Assembly: GCF_020745735.1 (NCBI RefSeq)
Contig: NC_083409.1
Coordinates: forward strand, 11,072,978-11,136,977
From: Hemiscyllium ocellatum
Lineage: Eukaryota
Direction of reading: 5' to 3'
Length of the DNA: 64,000 nucleotides
A model generated the notes under the pieces. It ran no database searches, was not told the DNA's origin, and saw only the letters and a list, made by a program, of their open reading frames with translations. A program made the translations under genes and the position numbers. Shown here in pieces: positions 1 to 10,526 of the stretch (position 1 is its first letter; each line of letters begins with the position of its first letter).

Positions 1-1166
1 AAAAACAGTGTGTGCACTAAAAACACCAGAGATCGAAAAGCATGATTCAAAACTTAGCTTAAAAGATCCGCTTTAAAAACATTGCCTTCTTTTAATCGAA
101 GGATAGAAAAGTGCAGGAGGAAAAGGGTTTGAATTTCAATAGCAATCCTTCAGTTCTAAACTCAGTAATTACACAGCGGAAATGGTGACTAATTCCTTGA
201 GAAATAATCAGGCTACTTGCACATATTTTGAGAGTTGATGGGCAACGTAGAAAACTCCGAGACACCAGAAATGTTAAGAATATTCCCCACAGCTTAATGT
301 TATCATCCAAAAATATATTTCACAATTTATGAAGATAATCCTCACAACAGTCCTTTGATGAAGGGTCCTTGGTAAAGGGGAACACTCAGGATAATTTCTA
401 AAAATGATGACCTGCAAACATGTGCCTGAAAAAAGTGGAGTTGTATTTTGACATATTGTCTGGGAAATAATGATAATCCTATAAGTATGTTAAAACATGG
501 TACTTACAAGTCGAGGACAAAGATCTGAAGATAATACTTCCTCCTTATCATCATCACTTTCAAATGTACCCAATGGGATATCAGTCTTGTGTTCCTCCTC
601 TAGATCCTTGGAAGGTGACCTGGGCCAGGATTCAACATCCAATTTGAACCGTAATCATTGATTAGTGAGCCAAACCTTCTCAGCTACAGACTTTGGGATT
701 TCTTGCCATTGTTCAATAGCGTCCTTGACAAAGGAAGATAGTATCATATCAACCACAGAATTGGCCTTTGAATCACTGCTCTTCAGATCATCTCCATTAA
801 AGTCTTCACTATCCTCACGATTGTCATTGGGTTCCTCTGCTTTAATGTCCATGTGCTCCTCATGAATTTCCTCCGATTGAGGCTCGAGGAATGGTACTTT
901 AAATTGAGTTGGTCCTTTTCCCTGTTCAGTAAATCCAACAGAGGAGCTGGAGTTCTAGTGGATATTTAGTGAAAGGTCCTCCCTTTGTGTACTGGAAGAA
1001 CACACAGACACATCAGCGTTAATATTGGTGTCTGTCTCCAGTGCTGCCTTGGATGCCTTCTCTCTGAACACATCAGTCTGTTAATTTTTTCTTAATTCTT
1101 GTCTTTATTCAAGTTTGCCAATCGGTCCTCCTTACCAGACTTGGGCAAGTTCTCTCACGTTTTGTT

Positions 1167-1808
1167 TGAGAAAGTCTATAGCCTTAAAACTTGTCCTGAA
1201 ACTTTTAGACTAAAATGTAATGTTGAATTATAGAACACATTTGCTGTCCACCAGAAAATAGAGAGGCTGGAGTGTAAGGCAATTAAGAACATTTTCCTGA
1301 GCATCAGTGAATCTGCATGAAGAGGACAGCAAGTGATAACATTCACAGCTGACCCTTTGTGAAATTAATAACTTGGTATCAATTAACTTCTCTCCTGAAT
1401 TATTGTCCTTCACTGTTATCTGTCTCATTTAGAACAAGCAGTGCTTTTGTTAACTTTTTGTCCAAAGAAAGCCTATTCTTGACAGTACAGCATATGTAAC
1501 CATTCGTATAATGGTAGCCTGTCTGTGATAGTACAGAGTAACCTGCCAGGGCTCTTGAAGGAAGAGCGATATCCTACTCTCCTGGGTTTTTAGAATCCAG
1601 TCAGCCTGGCTTATAGGTGTCAGTGTTATGTTGGAACAGTGATGCTATTAGTAAATTAAGGGGATGATTAAAATTAAACTAAACTGTCTGGAAAAGGTTA
1701 ATGTTTTATTCCAGACTTCCAAAAGTACGATCTCCGGGAAGATCCATGAGGCTTACAGGTTGAATTCACAAGGGATTCCCTGGGCAATCTCAAATCTGTA
1801 CTTTATCA
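1167..1808 (+). repeat. ERV 5' LTR
   Basis: Starts TGAGAAAG and ends CTTTATCA (TG...CA). Homologous to 7996-8301 plus 9271-9659. PBS follows 3 nt downstream. Confidence 0.88.
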
Positions 1809-1811
1809 ATT

Positions 1812-1829
1812 TGGCGCTGCGAGCAGGGT
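1812..1829 (+). promoter_or_regulatory. Primer-binding site, tRNA-Ser-like
   Basis: TGGCGCTGCGAGCAGGGT directly after the LTR. Resembles the complement of vertebrate tRNA-Ser(TGA/CGA) 3' ends as recalled (about 1-2 mismatches); not checked against a tRNA set. Confidence 0.7.
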
Positions 1830-1840
1830 TCCAACAAGGG

Positions 1841-1979
1841 ATGCGTTTGAATGAAACCAGAAAAGAGGAGCTTCACCCAAGGGCCGGTCTCGAGACCAAT
1901 GGGTCCACAAGGCAAGATTATACCTCGATTGCCCTCGGCCTGCTTCTTTGTGTGCTGCTTCCCCCATTTCATTCTCAAG
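1841..1979 (+). CDS. Putative spliced env leader/signal-peptide exon in the ERV 5' leader
   Basis: ATG at 1841 opens MRLNETRKEELHPRAGLETNGSTRQDYTSIALGLLLCVLLPPFHSQ. A hydrophobic core is followed immediately by a donor-like CAAG|GTACCC (GT at 1980-1981, phase 1). Confidence 0.5.
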
Positions 1980-2122
1980 GTACCCGGACGGAACCCTAAA
2001 TGAGATTGTTTAAATAGGTACTAAAAACAGAATCTTGTGGGGTTAGAGGCCCCTGTGTTTTGTGGGGTTGGAGCCCCTGTAGATCAGCAGTTCTGTGAAG
2101 ATTTAAAATAAATAGGATAAAT

Positions 2123-3300
2123 ATGGGTGCGCATTAAAAGTGAACAAGGAATTTGGAAAAAAAGGGAAGTAAACAGAAAGAAACCATATCAGCGTGGGAA
2201 AAGGTAGATAGGGAAAAATGGGAAAAAGCCATGCAATCATCATGGAGACAAAACTGTATTAAGAGGGGAATTAGTCCATTAACTGAGGAAGGATCTGAAC
2301 TAAAATGCAAATGTGAAGCACATGATTGAGAAGCAGAACTGGAATTGGCGAGGGAGAAAATAAAACAAAGTAAAGGTTCAGAACCTACGCTGAAATGTCA
2401 GGGGCCCCAAAGAAAAGGGAAACCCGGTGAATAAACAACAGACTGCAGCTGTAGCCGCGCAGGACCAGACTGATGACAAAGACAGTTCCTTATACCCCAC
2501 CTCTCCCAAAGACCCATTACTAAAGAATCCTGATCCATCTGCAGATAAGGAATGGGACACTGATACAGAGGAGGAAATATTTTACGCCTCCCGTCCTGTC
2601 AGCCGACTTCCTCCGGGTTTCCCCTCAAAACACACCCACAGTACGGCCAAGGGGAACACACTGCATAAAACAAAACATCGCCTGAACTCCCCTCCCAACT
2701 CTGAGGATGAACAAGCTAAGGGCCACGCCCTTCCCCAATGAATCATTTGTCCCTGTGTGTTAGGAGTGCTACAATTGCACTGATAAGTGGACTTAAGGCC
2801 ACTGATTTTGATCAAACCTAACTGCTGCTTTAACCAGATGGTGAAAGAAAATGATGCCCTGCTGAAAGAACCGAAACCTTGCTAGTTTTTCAAAATAGTA
2901 TTTCAGTTGGACTTGAAAACAACCAGAAGTGCAAGTTAAGTTCAAATTAATACAATTTAAAATTCCGATGAGCAGGATTAGGTCAATGTCCAGGCTGGCG
3001 ATTCCAACCATGACTGCTCATTAGTATTTACAGTCTGGCATTTTACTGGTACCGTGGATTCTCAACATCCCAATGGATCTTGGGGTCCTCCTCTGTATCC
3101 TCTCCAACAGTCCATGATGCCCCTTACCCTCTAAACATCCTCTCACTAGTCTTCACTCCCTCCCCCAACCCCTCGTGTCCCCCAACAATCAAACGTTTGT
3201 TTCAAATGTAATCAATTTGGACATTGGTCCAAGAACTGCCCTTTCCCAAAGCAGCCCCCGGTTGATCACCGGAGTGGAAGCAGCTGGCAACCTCCTGGTC
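2123..3300 (+). pseudogene. gag: ERV gag remnant
   Basis: ATG-GGT (MG) start at 2123. LYPTSP late-domain-like motif in ORF 2427-2741. Intact CCHC knuckle CFKCNQFGHWSKNC at 3198-3239. Many stops and frameshifts. Confidence 0.75.
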
Positions 3301-3319
3301 ACCCTCCCCAGGGACCTCA

Positions 3320-5403
3320 GCAGATTTGCCCTTTTATTGCACAAAACCCTTTTCCATCCTTGACACCTGTGCTATAGCGGTTCTTACCCAGCAACATGGC
3401 TCCTCTTGGTGCCCTGCTGCCTATCACTCCACTAAGCTTGACCCTGTTGCACAGGGTATGCCTTCCTGCACCCAGATTCTCCCCACCATCCATCCTATGG
3501 TATTGGCTGCCTCTAATATAACTTTACATCAAAATGTAGAAGTCTGTATCTCACATTCCGTGGTATCCTTACTTACTTCTAAACATACTCAACACCGAAC
3601 TGCAGCTCATCTAAGTTGCTATGAGATTTTATTACTTTAGAATCCACTTGTACCCTTCAAATACTGCTGGAACATTAACCACGCTACATTCGATGGTTCT
3701 TCTTCTATGTCTACAGAAGGCAAACACATGTCAGGATACACGATTGTCACTTTGTCCCATCCAACAGAAGCTTATTCCGTCGATCCACCCTGCCCCGCCC
3801 AGCAAGCTGAACTCCTTGCTCTGACCCCTGCCTGCATACTTGCTGAAGGAAAGTCAGCTCATATCGATACTGATTCCCTTTGGATGTGCCCATGATGAAA
3901 TCTGGCAGCAGCACAACTTCCTTATCTCATCAGGAACCCCGAGCCTCAATGCTGCCTATGTTGCTAATCTCCTCAGTGATAATCAACTTCCCTTTCAATT
4001 GGCAATTATCAAATGTTCGGCTCACTCCTCTGATGCTGCCGATGTCACTAAAAGCACCAATGCCGCTGACACAGCGGCTGAGAAACCAGCTTTTGAGCCA
4101 AAGACATGGTTACTCAAATGACGAATCAGAAACCAAAGGGAGACTCTCCGATTTCCTCTTCTCACACCCCGACCCTGCCTGACCTAGAAGAAATTTGGAT
4201 CCATCAGGGGGACACCTCTGATTAAGGAAAACAAAAATGGATGAACCATGGTTGTTATGTAAATAGCTGCAATCAGCTTTGGGTTACGCTGGTAGAATAG
4301 ACATGTCTGCCCGATTCACTTCTGCCTATTCTCGTTGATTATGTTCAAATACATGCACGTGGAGTTAAGGAGGGAATGGTGGACAGAATTCTCCAAACTT
4401 AGTGGAATCCCCACCTGCAAGAAAAATCAAAATAAACAGCTTCAAATTGACAAATTTGTCAAAACATTAATCTCAGGAAAGGAGTGAAGTGTTCCCCAGG
4501 TGAATTTCCCTTGCCAAATGCACATTTTGCCACGATCCAGTGAGATTTTAGACAGTCACCAAGATGCCATTGTCATAAGTAATGCTTAGTGATAATCAAT
4601 GTATTTAATAAATAGATTGGCGTTTATCCCTGTACTGACTGCACAGCAACAACTACTTGTAAAATTCTGTTAAGGGAAATCATACCCAGATTTGAAATAC
4701 CATTAATGGTCTTTTCCGATAATGGCTCCCACTTCTGTGCGGAGCTAACCAAGCCACTATGTAAGAGTTTGAATACAAGTCAAAAATCCCATTATGTCAA
4801 CCATCTCCAAGCAGCGGGAATTGTAGAAAGAGCCAATTGTAATTTAAAAGGTCAGCTCAGCAAGTTGGTGGAAGAAACTGGTCGTAATTGGCTTCAAGTA
4901 TTCCCAAATGCCCTTTTTAATATGAGAAAACCATGACATAGAAAAAGACGGGATTCTCAGCGGCTGAACTGAAATATGGAAAGCTCCTGAGGACACCCTG
5001 GTCTGCACCATTAACTCCCCAACACCCGGTTGATGTGCAAGTCATGGCAGAAGAAATGCGCACGTACCTGATTAAGCTGACCAAAGCATTGCAGTCGTAT
5101 CATCAACTGATCAAAGTAGCCTATTGAGTACCAGGGAAGGATGAAAAGCGAGCTCCAACGTTTAAAAACATCAACCCTGGTGACTATGTACGATTGAAAG
5201 TCTTTAATCATCAAAAATTGGGCCCTCACTAGAAAGGTCCTTATCAAGCTCTTCTGACAACTGAAACTGCACTAATAGTAGAAGGATGTTCAACATTGGT
5301 CGATAAAGGACATTGCAAGCTTGTATCCCCCTCACAGTCCTGTGTTAGTACTGATACAGGTATCCGACGAAAACCCAACCCAAGTACGTATGTCCAGATG
5401 TAA
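3320..5403 (+). pseudogene. pol: ERV pol remnant: RT connection domain, RNase H and integrase (protease and RT core missing)
   Basis: AVLTQQHG...AYHSTKLDPVAQGMPSC (MLV-like connection). DGSS, AQQAELLALT and TDS (RNase H). SDNGSHF and GIVERAN (IN core). GPYQALLTTETAL (GPY/F motif). The IN frame stops at 5401-5403. Confidence 0.9.
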
Positions 5404-5794
5404 CCGACCCATCTGTGATACCTCAGACTGGCTAAAACTCCAATGTAACTGTACAAATGAAACCTGTACTAATACCATTGGAAGTTATGAATGCAGCTGC
5501 CCAGCTGAAACTCAGTTAAACTGCTCAGATTTTGTATCCAAACATCACTCTCGACCTTGTCATCATCCTCGTAACACTTCCGTACCAGCCATCATGAAAT
5601 GGCACAATTCCATAACCTCAGCAACTCCATCAACCGAAAACTGTTACTTTGAAATGTTTGTCTGTTCCCCTCTCAAAACGAACAGTATGGACTGCAGTAT
5701 TGAGCACACAGTACCAAAATCACCAAACCCTCAGGCACCTCTCGCCATGAGACAGACAACCTGTGCCTTCTCGATGGCATCTTCTCCTATCTGA
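5349..5794 (+). CDS. env: N-terminal env segment with an EGF-like (cbEGF signature) Cys-rich module
   Basis: ORF in the +1 frame relative to IN, overlapping its end. CTNTIGSYECSC at 5465-5500 matches C-x-[DN]-x4-[FY]-x-C-x-C. Four N-glycosylation sequons (NCT, NET, NCS, NTS). Confidence 0.6.
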
Positions 5795-7919
5795 CCTACT
5801 GCCACTGACAGAAATACCTTCACATAGGTTCCTCGTTAATCTAAATATCGGATTATCCGAAGTTGATTTGAAGGTCCCGATAGAAACATTACATCAAAGA
5901 GCGATTTCAATCCTGATCACGTCATCTGTTTACAGGTACAATGATTAAAAGCAAACTCGGCTCACTAAATGCTGCCGAGGACAGTCCTGAACAGTCCAGG
6001 CACCATCTCCAAATGGCTGACCTCCTGCCTTCTCTCTCCCTCCCCCAACACTCTCCCTGGAGTTCTACACAGGGGTGAACGCCAAACCCACCCCATCCCC
6101 AGATTATCACTCCAACATTGTCCTGAACAGGGCAGAGGCAGAAACTGTCAAAATGTTGCACGTGCTATTTGGAGACTTATCCCACAAAGGCAGCAGCAGT
6201 CTTACCGTTGGTGTACAGTCCGGCTGCCCGACGGCGGGAGGGGGGGAGGAGATGCCGTCGGGGATTCGGACGGTAGGTGGGGATGGATGGGGGTGCAAGG
6301 TTGGGGGAGTGGGGTTGGGACCGGACGGACGATGGTGTTGGGTTTGGGTGGGGGGTGGGGAGGGTTGAGGGCGGTGGGGTTGGGGGTAGACAGGTTCTCG
6401 CAAGCAATGTGCTTTTGCTGAGAGTCTCCTGATTGGGGATCAGACTTCACAGACCCAGAGGAAATCAATTAACTGAGTAATCAATCAATTATCTGAATGA
6501 AATAGTGCCTGCCCATCTCGTTTGGATAATCGAGGTTCCTCTGTACACAGTTCCTATATTCAATAGTTAATTTAATTAAGATGACAAGCTGGAAAGCTGA
6601 AGAAAGATCAAAAATACTCTGTACTCCCAATCTCCAATCTGTTACCAATGGTTTCTTGATTCAAGCTAAGCCATCGATCCATGTGTTATTTGCTCACTCT
6701 TCCATCATTCTGATGTCCAGTGTATAAATAGGACTCACCCACTTATGCAACCCTTCACTTATGCTGGCAAAACCCATTCGGTAGAAGAAGCACGTCGCTG
6801 TGTGAAGTGCACTAACAAACGTCAAGGATTCAACGTTAACGTTGTTCCGCTGTTAGAATGGTGTGTTGAAAGAACTTCTGGTACTCACGACATGGGGAAC
6901 GTGAAGCCAGCACTGTGTAAGAATGTTATCAAAGACACTGGTCATACTCCTGCTCTTCATCCATTAATACACTTGGACATCCAAACGTTTGATAGCATCC
7001 GCTGTTTACAAGATTCAGCTCTCGCTCTGAGTGGACTCATCATTCACTCACAAGAGTGCGCCTTTCGAACTCCTTTCAGCCTTCATTGGCGATGCGAAAA
7101 CAAAGGCTACCCATATTTTACCCAATGACTGGTACCAATGTTGTGCCCTAGTACAAACTTTACCACTTGTTACCCTCCACCATGAAGTACCTGAGGTAGG
7201 TGATGAATGAACGCCTACCAACATGTGAAGCAGTATGGAACAAAATGAAGAGGAAATACAAACAGGACTTAGACAACTTCTTCCATCAATAAACCTGGTG
7301 ATGCAAATTGCTGGGAGGCCTTACTCCTTGCTGGGATTTTGAGAAGGCCCGAGATCAGATAACTGACCTTGCATATGACATTGAAAAACTTGCCAACTCA
7401 ATTGCCCACGCTTTGAAGCTGGTGAACAAAGAGGTACAGGAGACCTGGATGGTAACACTTCAGAATTGGCTAGTGCTACATTTCCTCCTTGCTAAAGGAG
7501 GAGGTGCTTGTTCTGTTATTGGCCCGCAATGTTGCACCTACATCAATGATTTCTCTAAAAACATTTTGGACAACGTAGATGTTATCAACAAAATGGGTCA
7601 AGGTGCAGGGAAGATACCTGCCCCACCGTCATCCAATCCATATGGATGGAGTGTTACTTGCTGGCTTTGGTCGCTGTGTGGATGGATCGTGTGGGAGGTA
7701 CTGATAGCCCCCGGTCTCATCCTAGGAATAAACAGTGTCGTCCACTTGTGCATGGAATGGAACATACATTCCTCTTTGGCTAAGATGAAAAGCAATCTTG
7801 TTAATCGACTCTTGCCTACCCCTGTAGCTCCACGTCTGAATGTCTCCACTGAAATCCAGCATCTTTCCGCTCTGATCCTCCGGACAATGACTCGCAAGAG
7901 GAAGCACTCAAATTATTGA
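5763..7919 (+). pseudogene. env: ERV env remnant (SU plus gamma-type TM)
   Basis: Pro/Thr-rich stretch, CVIC (CxxC) at 6682-6693, and WRC..KGYPY(L)PNDW..CC at the SU C-terminus. TM ORF 7308-7919 has ISD LQNWLVLHFLLAKGGGAC, CX6CC (CSVIGPQCC) at 7458-7535 and a hydrophobic anchor. Confidence 0.88.
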
Positions 7920-7983
7920 GAATACAAATCGACTGAATGTACGAATTATACTTGTATAAGCTATGTAGTTGTCATGAAATGAC

Positions 7984-7995
7984 AAAAGGAGGGAA
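7984..7995 (+). promoter_or_regulatory. Polypurine tract
   Basis: AAAAGGAGGGAA immediately before the TG that begins the 3' LTR. Confidence 0.85.
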
Positions 7996-8301
7996 TGAGA
8001 AAGTTTATAGCCTTAAAACATTTCGACTAAATGTAATGTTGAATTATAGAACACATTTGTTGCACAGTAGAAAATAAACAGGACAGCCAGGGAGGCACCA
8101 GGCCACAAAAGGGGGAACCCAGGATGTGCAGAAGATAAAAACATCTGTTCTCACCAAGTGGTAACAGGATGCTCCAAGGTTATTAAGAACATTTGCCTTA
8201 ACAGCAATGAATCTGTGTAAACAGGACAGAGTGATTACATTCACGGGTGTTCACTTGTGAAATTAATGACAGTGTTTGATTTTGACTTCTGACTTGGTAT
8301 C
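7996..8301 (+). repeat. ERV 3' LTR, 5' part (U3)
   Basis: TGAGAAAGTTTATAGCCTTAAAAC start matches 1167. Homology to the 5' LTR ends at ACTTGGTATCA. Confidence 0.82.
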
Positions 8302-9270
8302 ATTCTGCAAGCATGTCAAAAGCCTTGTAATTAATGGTCAGGTCATATCAATTATACTGGATTCTTATTACCCTTGCAGGCTCGGCAGAGAGAAAGGGAA
8401 AAACATTATTCTGTTACAGTCCGTAACCTGGGTGTTCAAAAAGACACTAGAGAGAGAATGAGAGAATAACATTATAACGCCGAGATTGCCAAAGCTAATA
8501 GAAAATTAACTGTGGTTTGGTTTGAATGCAAGCTTACTTATTGTGGATTCAACATAGAAAACAGGTGCAGGAGTAGGCCATTCGGCCCTTCGAGCTAGCA
8601 CCAGCATTTATTATGGCCATGGCTGATTATCCACAATCAGTATCCTGTTCCGGTGTTATCTTTATAACCCTTGTTTTAAACTTAATTTAATTTTGGGACT
8701 TCATGATTATTTTGAGAAACCATTGTATAAAATGCAAATTCTGTAAAAGGTAATGCTGACAAAGCTTTAACTTACTTCCTGTTCTGACAGACCATGACTG
8801 CCCCACTGTCAATTCTAACAAGTCAGATCTATGTCCTCTTTGAATTTGAATCACAACCCTGAAAAGAAAAAAATGTCTAATTCGAGACGAATGAATCATT
8901 TGAAATACAACCTTACAGTAACAATTCAGCCTCAGGTTCAAAATGATTGTTTTCTTAAGATAAAAAGCAAGAGTCTGCTCCTAGTTTAAAAATTATTCTA
9001 ACCCAACATTGAAGAGATTCTGACACAATCTATGAGGAAGCCATTTTCTACGGTCAAAGTTTGCCTTCCCTAGCTAAGAAGCCATTTTGTGAAACATGAG
9101 ACCTGACATGCGAGGTTACCTTATGACTTCTCCCACTTAGTTTCGACTTGTGCCTCCTTATAGGAAGGACTTGTCTCGCCAACAGGTGCCTGACTCGGCT
9201 GAATCTGTTTTTCCCATCTGATGGATGACTACGGGCTGTGGGAGTGATCACTTAGGTGCACACGGACCTG

Positions 9271-9659
9271 TCAATTAACTTCTCTTGCTTATGAATTATT
9301 TCCAATATTGTCTGTCTAATGAAGTGTTTAAGTCTAATCAAATGCAGTGTTTTTGTAAAATTGTGTATAAAGGAACCCTGTTTGTGACAGGAGAGAGTAA
9401 CCTGCAACAAGGCAGAGCTGGTCGCTACTCTCCTCAGGTTTTAGAACTTTAGCTAGTCTGGCTAATAAGAACCAGTGTTATGTTGTAACAGTGATGTTAT
9501 TGGTAAATAAAGGGGAAGACTAAAATTAAACTAAACTGTAAGACATTTTTATTCCAGGCTATTCCAGGCTCAGTACGATCGCCGGGACAAACCAAGAGAG
9601 GCTTACAGGTCTGAGGCCACAAGGGATTCCTTGGGCCATCTCAAATCTGTACTTTAACA
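9271..9659 (+). repeat. ERV 3' LTR, 3' part (rest of U3, R, U5)
   Basis: Resumes 5'-LTR homology at AATTAACTTCTC. TATAAA at ~9366, AATAAA at 9506-9511. Ends CTTTAACA. Confidence 0.8.
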
Positions 9660-10049
9660 TCAGTGCCTGCTAATTTTCATATAACCTATGTTGTTGCCTC
9701 AAATCTGTGCTCGTCTTTCCCAAATTCTACATGTAAATCCTTCCAATCAAGTTCGTAATTTGCCACATTTTTGAAATGACTCTTATCCAAGTCACATCCA
9801 ACACGATGACCGATGTAAATTTTTTTGTTCTCCATCTCAATCTACACACATCTCCATGTACCACACAATCCTCCTAAAACACATCTCCTCTGGTATCCAG
9901 CCGGCAGCTCAGGGGCTGTTCTCATTTAGTCCGAATTCTATGGATGTGTTTGTAGCCAATGAATTTAACCTTTACTCCCTCCTCAACTATGACAGTTATT
10001 GAACAGCTGCTTCAAAAATAAAACCTTCCATCTAAAAGAACAAAGGCAG

Positions 10050-10285
10050 ATATATGGGAAAACTACTACCTGCAAATTCCCCTTCAAGCCACTCATCATC
10101 CTGACTCAGAAATATACTGACACTCCTTCACTATCTCTGGTTCAATATCCAGGAACTCCACCCAAGGGCACTGCGGATCTACCTACAGCTCACACACTGC
10201 AGTGGTTCAAGACAGCCCACTGCCACCTACTCAAAGGTAACTCGGTGTGAACAATAATGCTGCACCAGCAGGACACACACATCCA
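10050..10285 (+). mobile_element. 3' tail of an L2/Crack-like LINE
   Basis: CCTGCAAATTCCCCTTCAAGCCACTCATCATCCTGACT... tail that recurs at ~25830-26050 and ~44100-44360. Confidence 0.5.
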
Positions 10286-10526
10286 CTACATTTTTGTTTT
10301 CCGGAATCATAGATGAGCAGGGGTTTCCTCCAACTGTAGATTAAAGTAATTGCTTTGAATCCAGTCTCCATTGCAATAGTAGTTGAAGCCAGTCTGGACA
10401 GTCTTGGTGTTAGATTTGACTCTGAGAGGAGCTCCAAGCCTCACTGGGCTGTTCTCTCTGACACTGAGCCGTTCCAATTTGAATTCCCCGCGATCCAAAG
10501 ACTCGTGCACCGTGGCCGGTCATGCC

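Larger units (their letters stand above)
1167..9659 (+). mobile_element. Endogenous retrovirus (class I, gamma/epsilon-like pol, gamma-type env), defective and internally deleted
   Basis: Homologous LTRs at both ends, PBS, gag zinc knuckle, pol connection/RNase H/integrase motifs, env CxxC, ISD and CX6CC, and a PPT, all in canonical order on the + strand. Confidence 0.93.

Noticed and set aside
92-310. Kinase subdomain VII-like NIFLDDNIKL
   Set aside because: No HRD, DFG or APE motifs follow.
7598-7897. Antisense ORF over the env cytoplasmic tail (HBZ/ASP-like)
   Set aside because: Only 99 codons, with a non-ATG start and no recognisable motif, in a decayed element.
1161-9665. ERV target-site duplication
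   Set aside because: The flanks TTTGTT and TCAGTG do not match.
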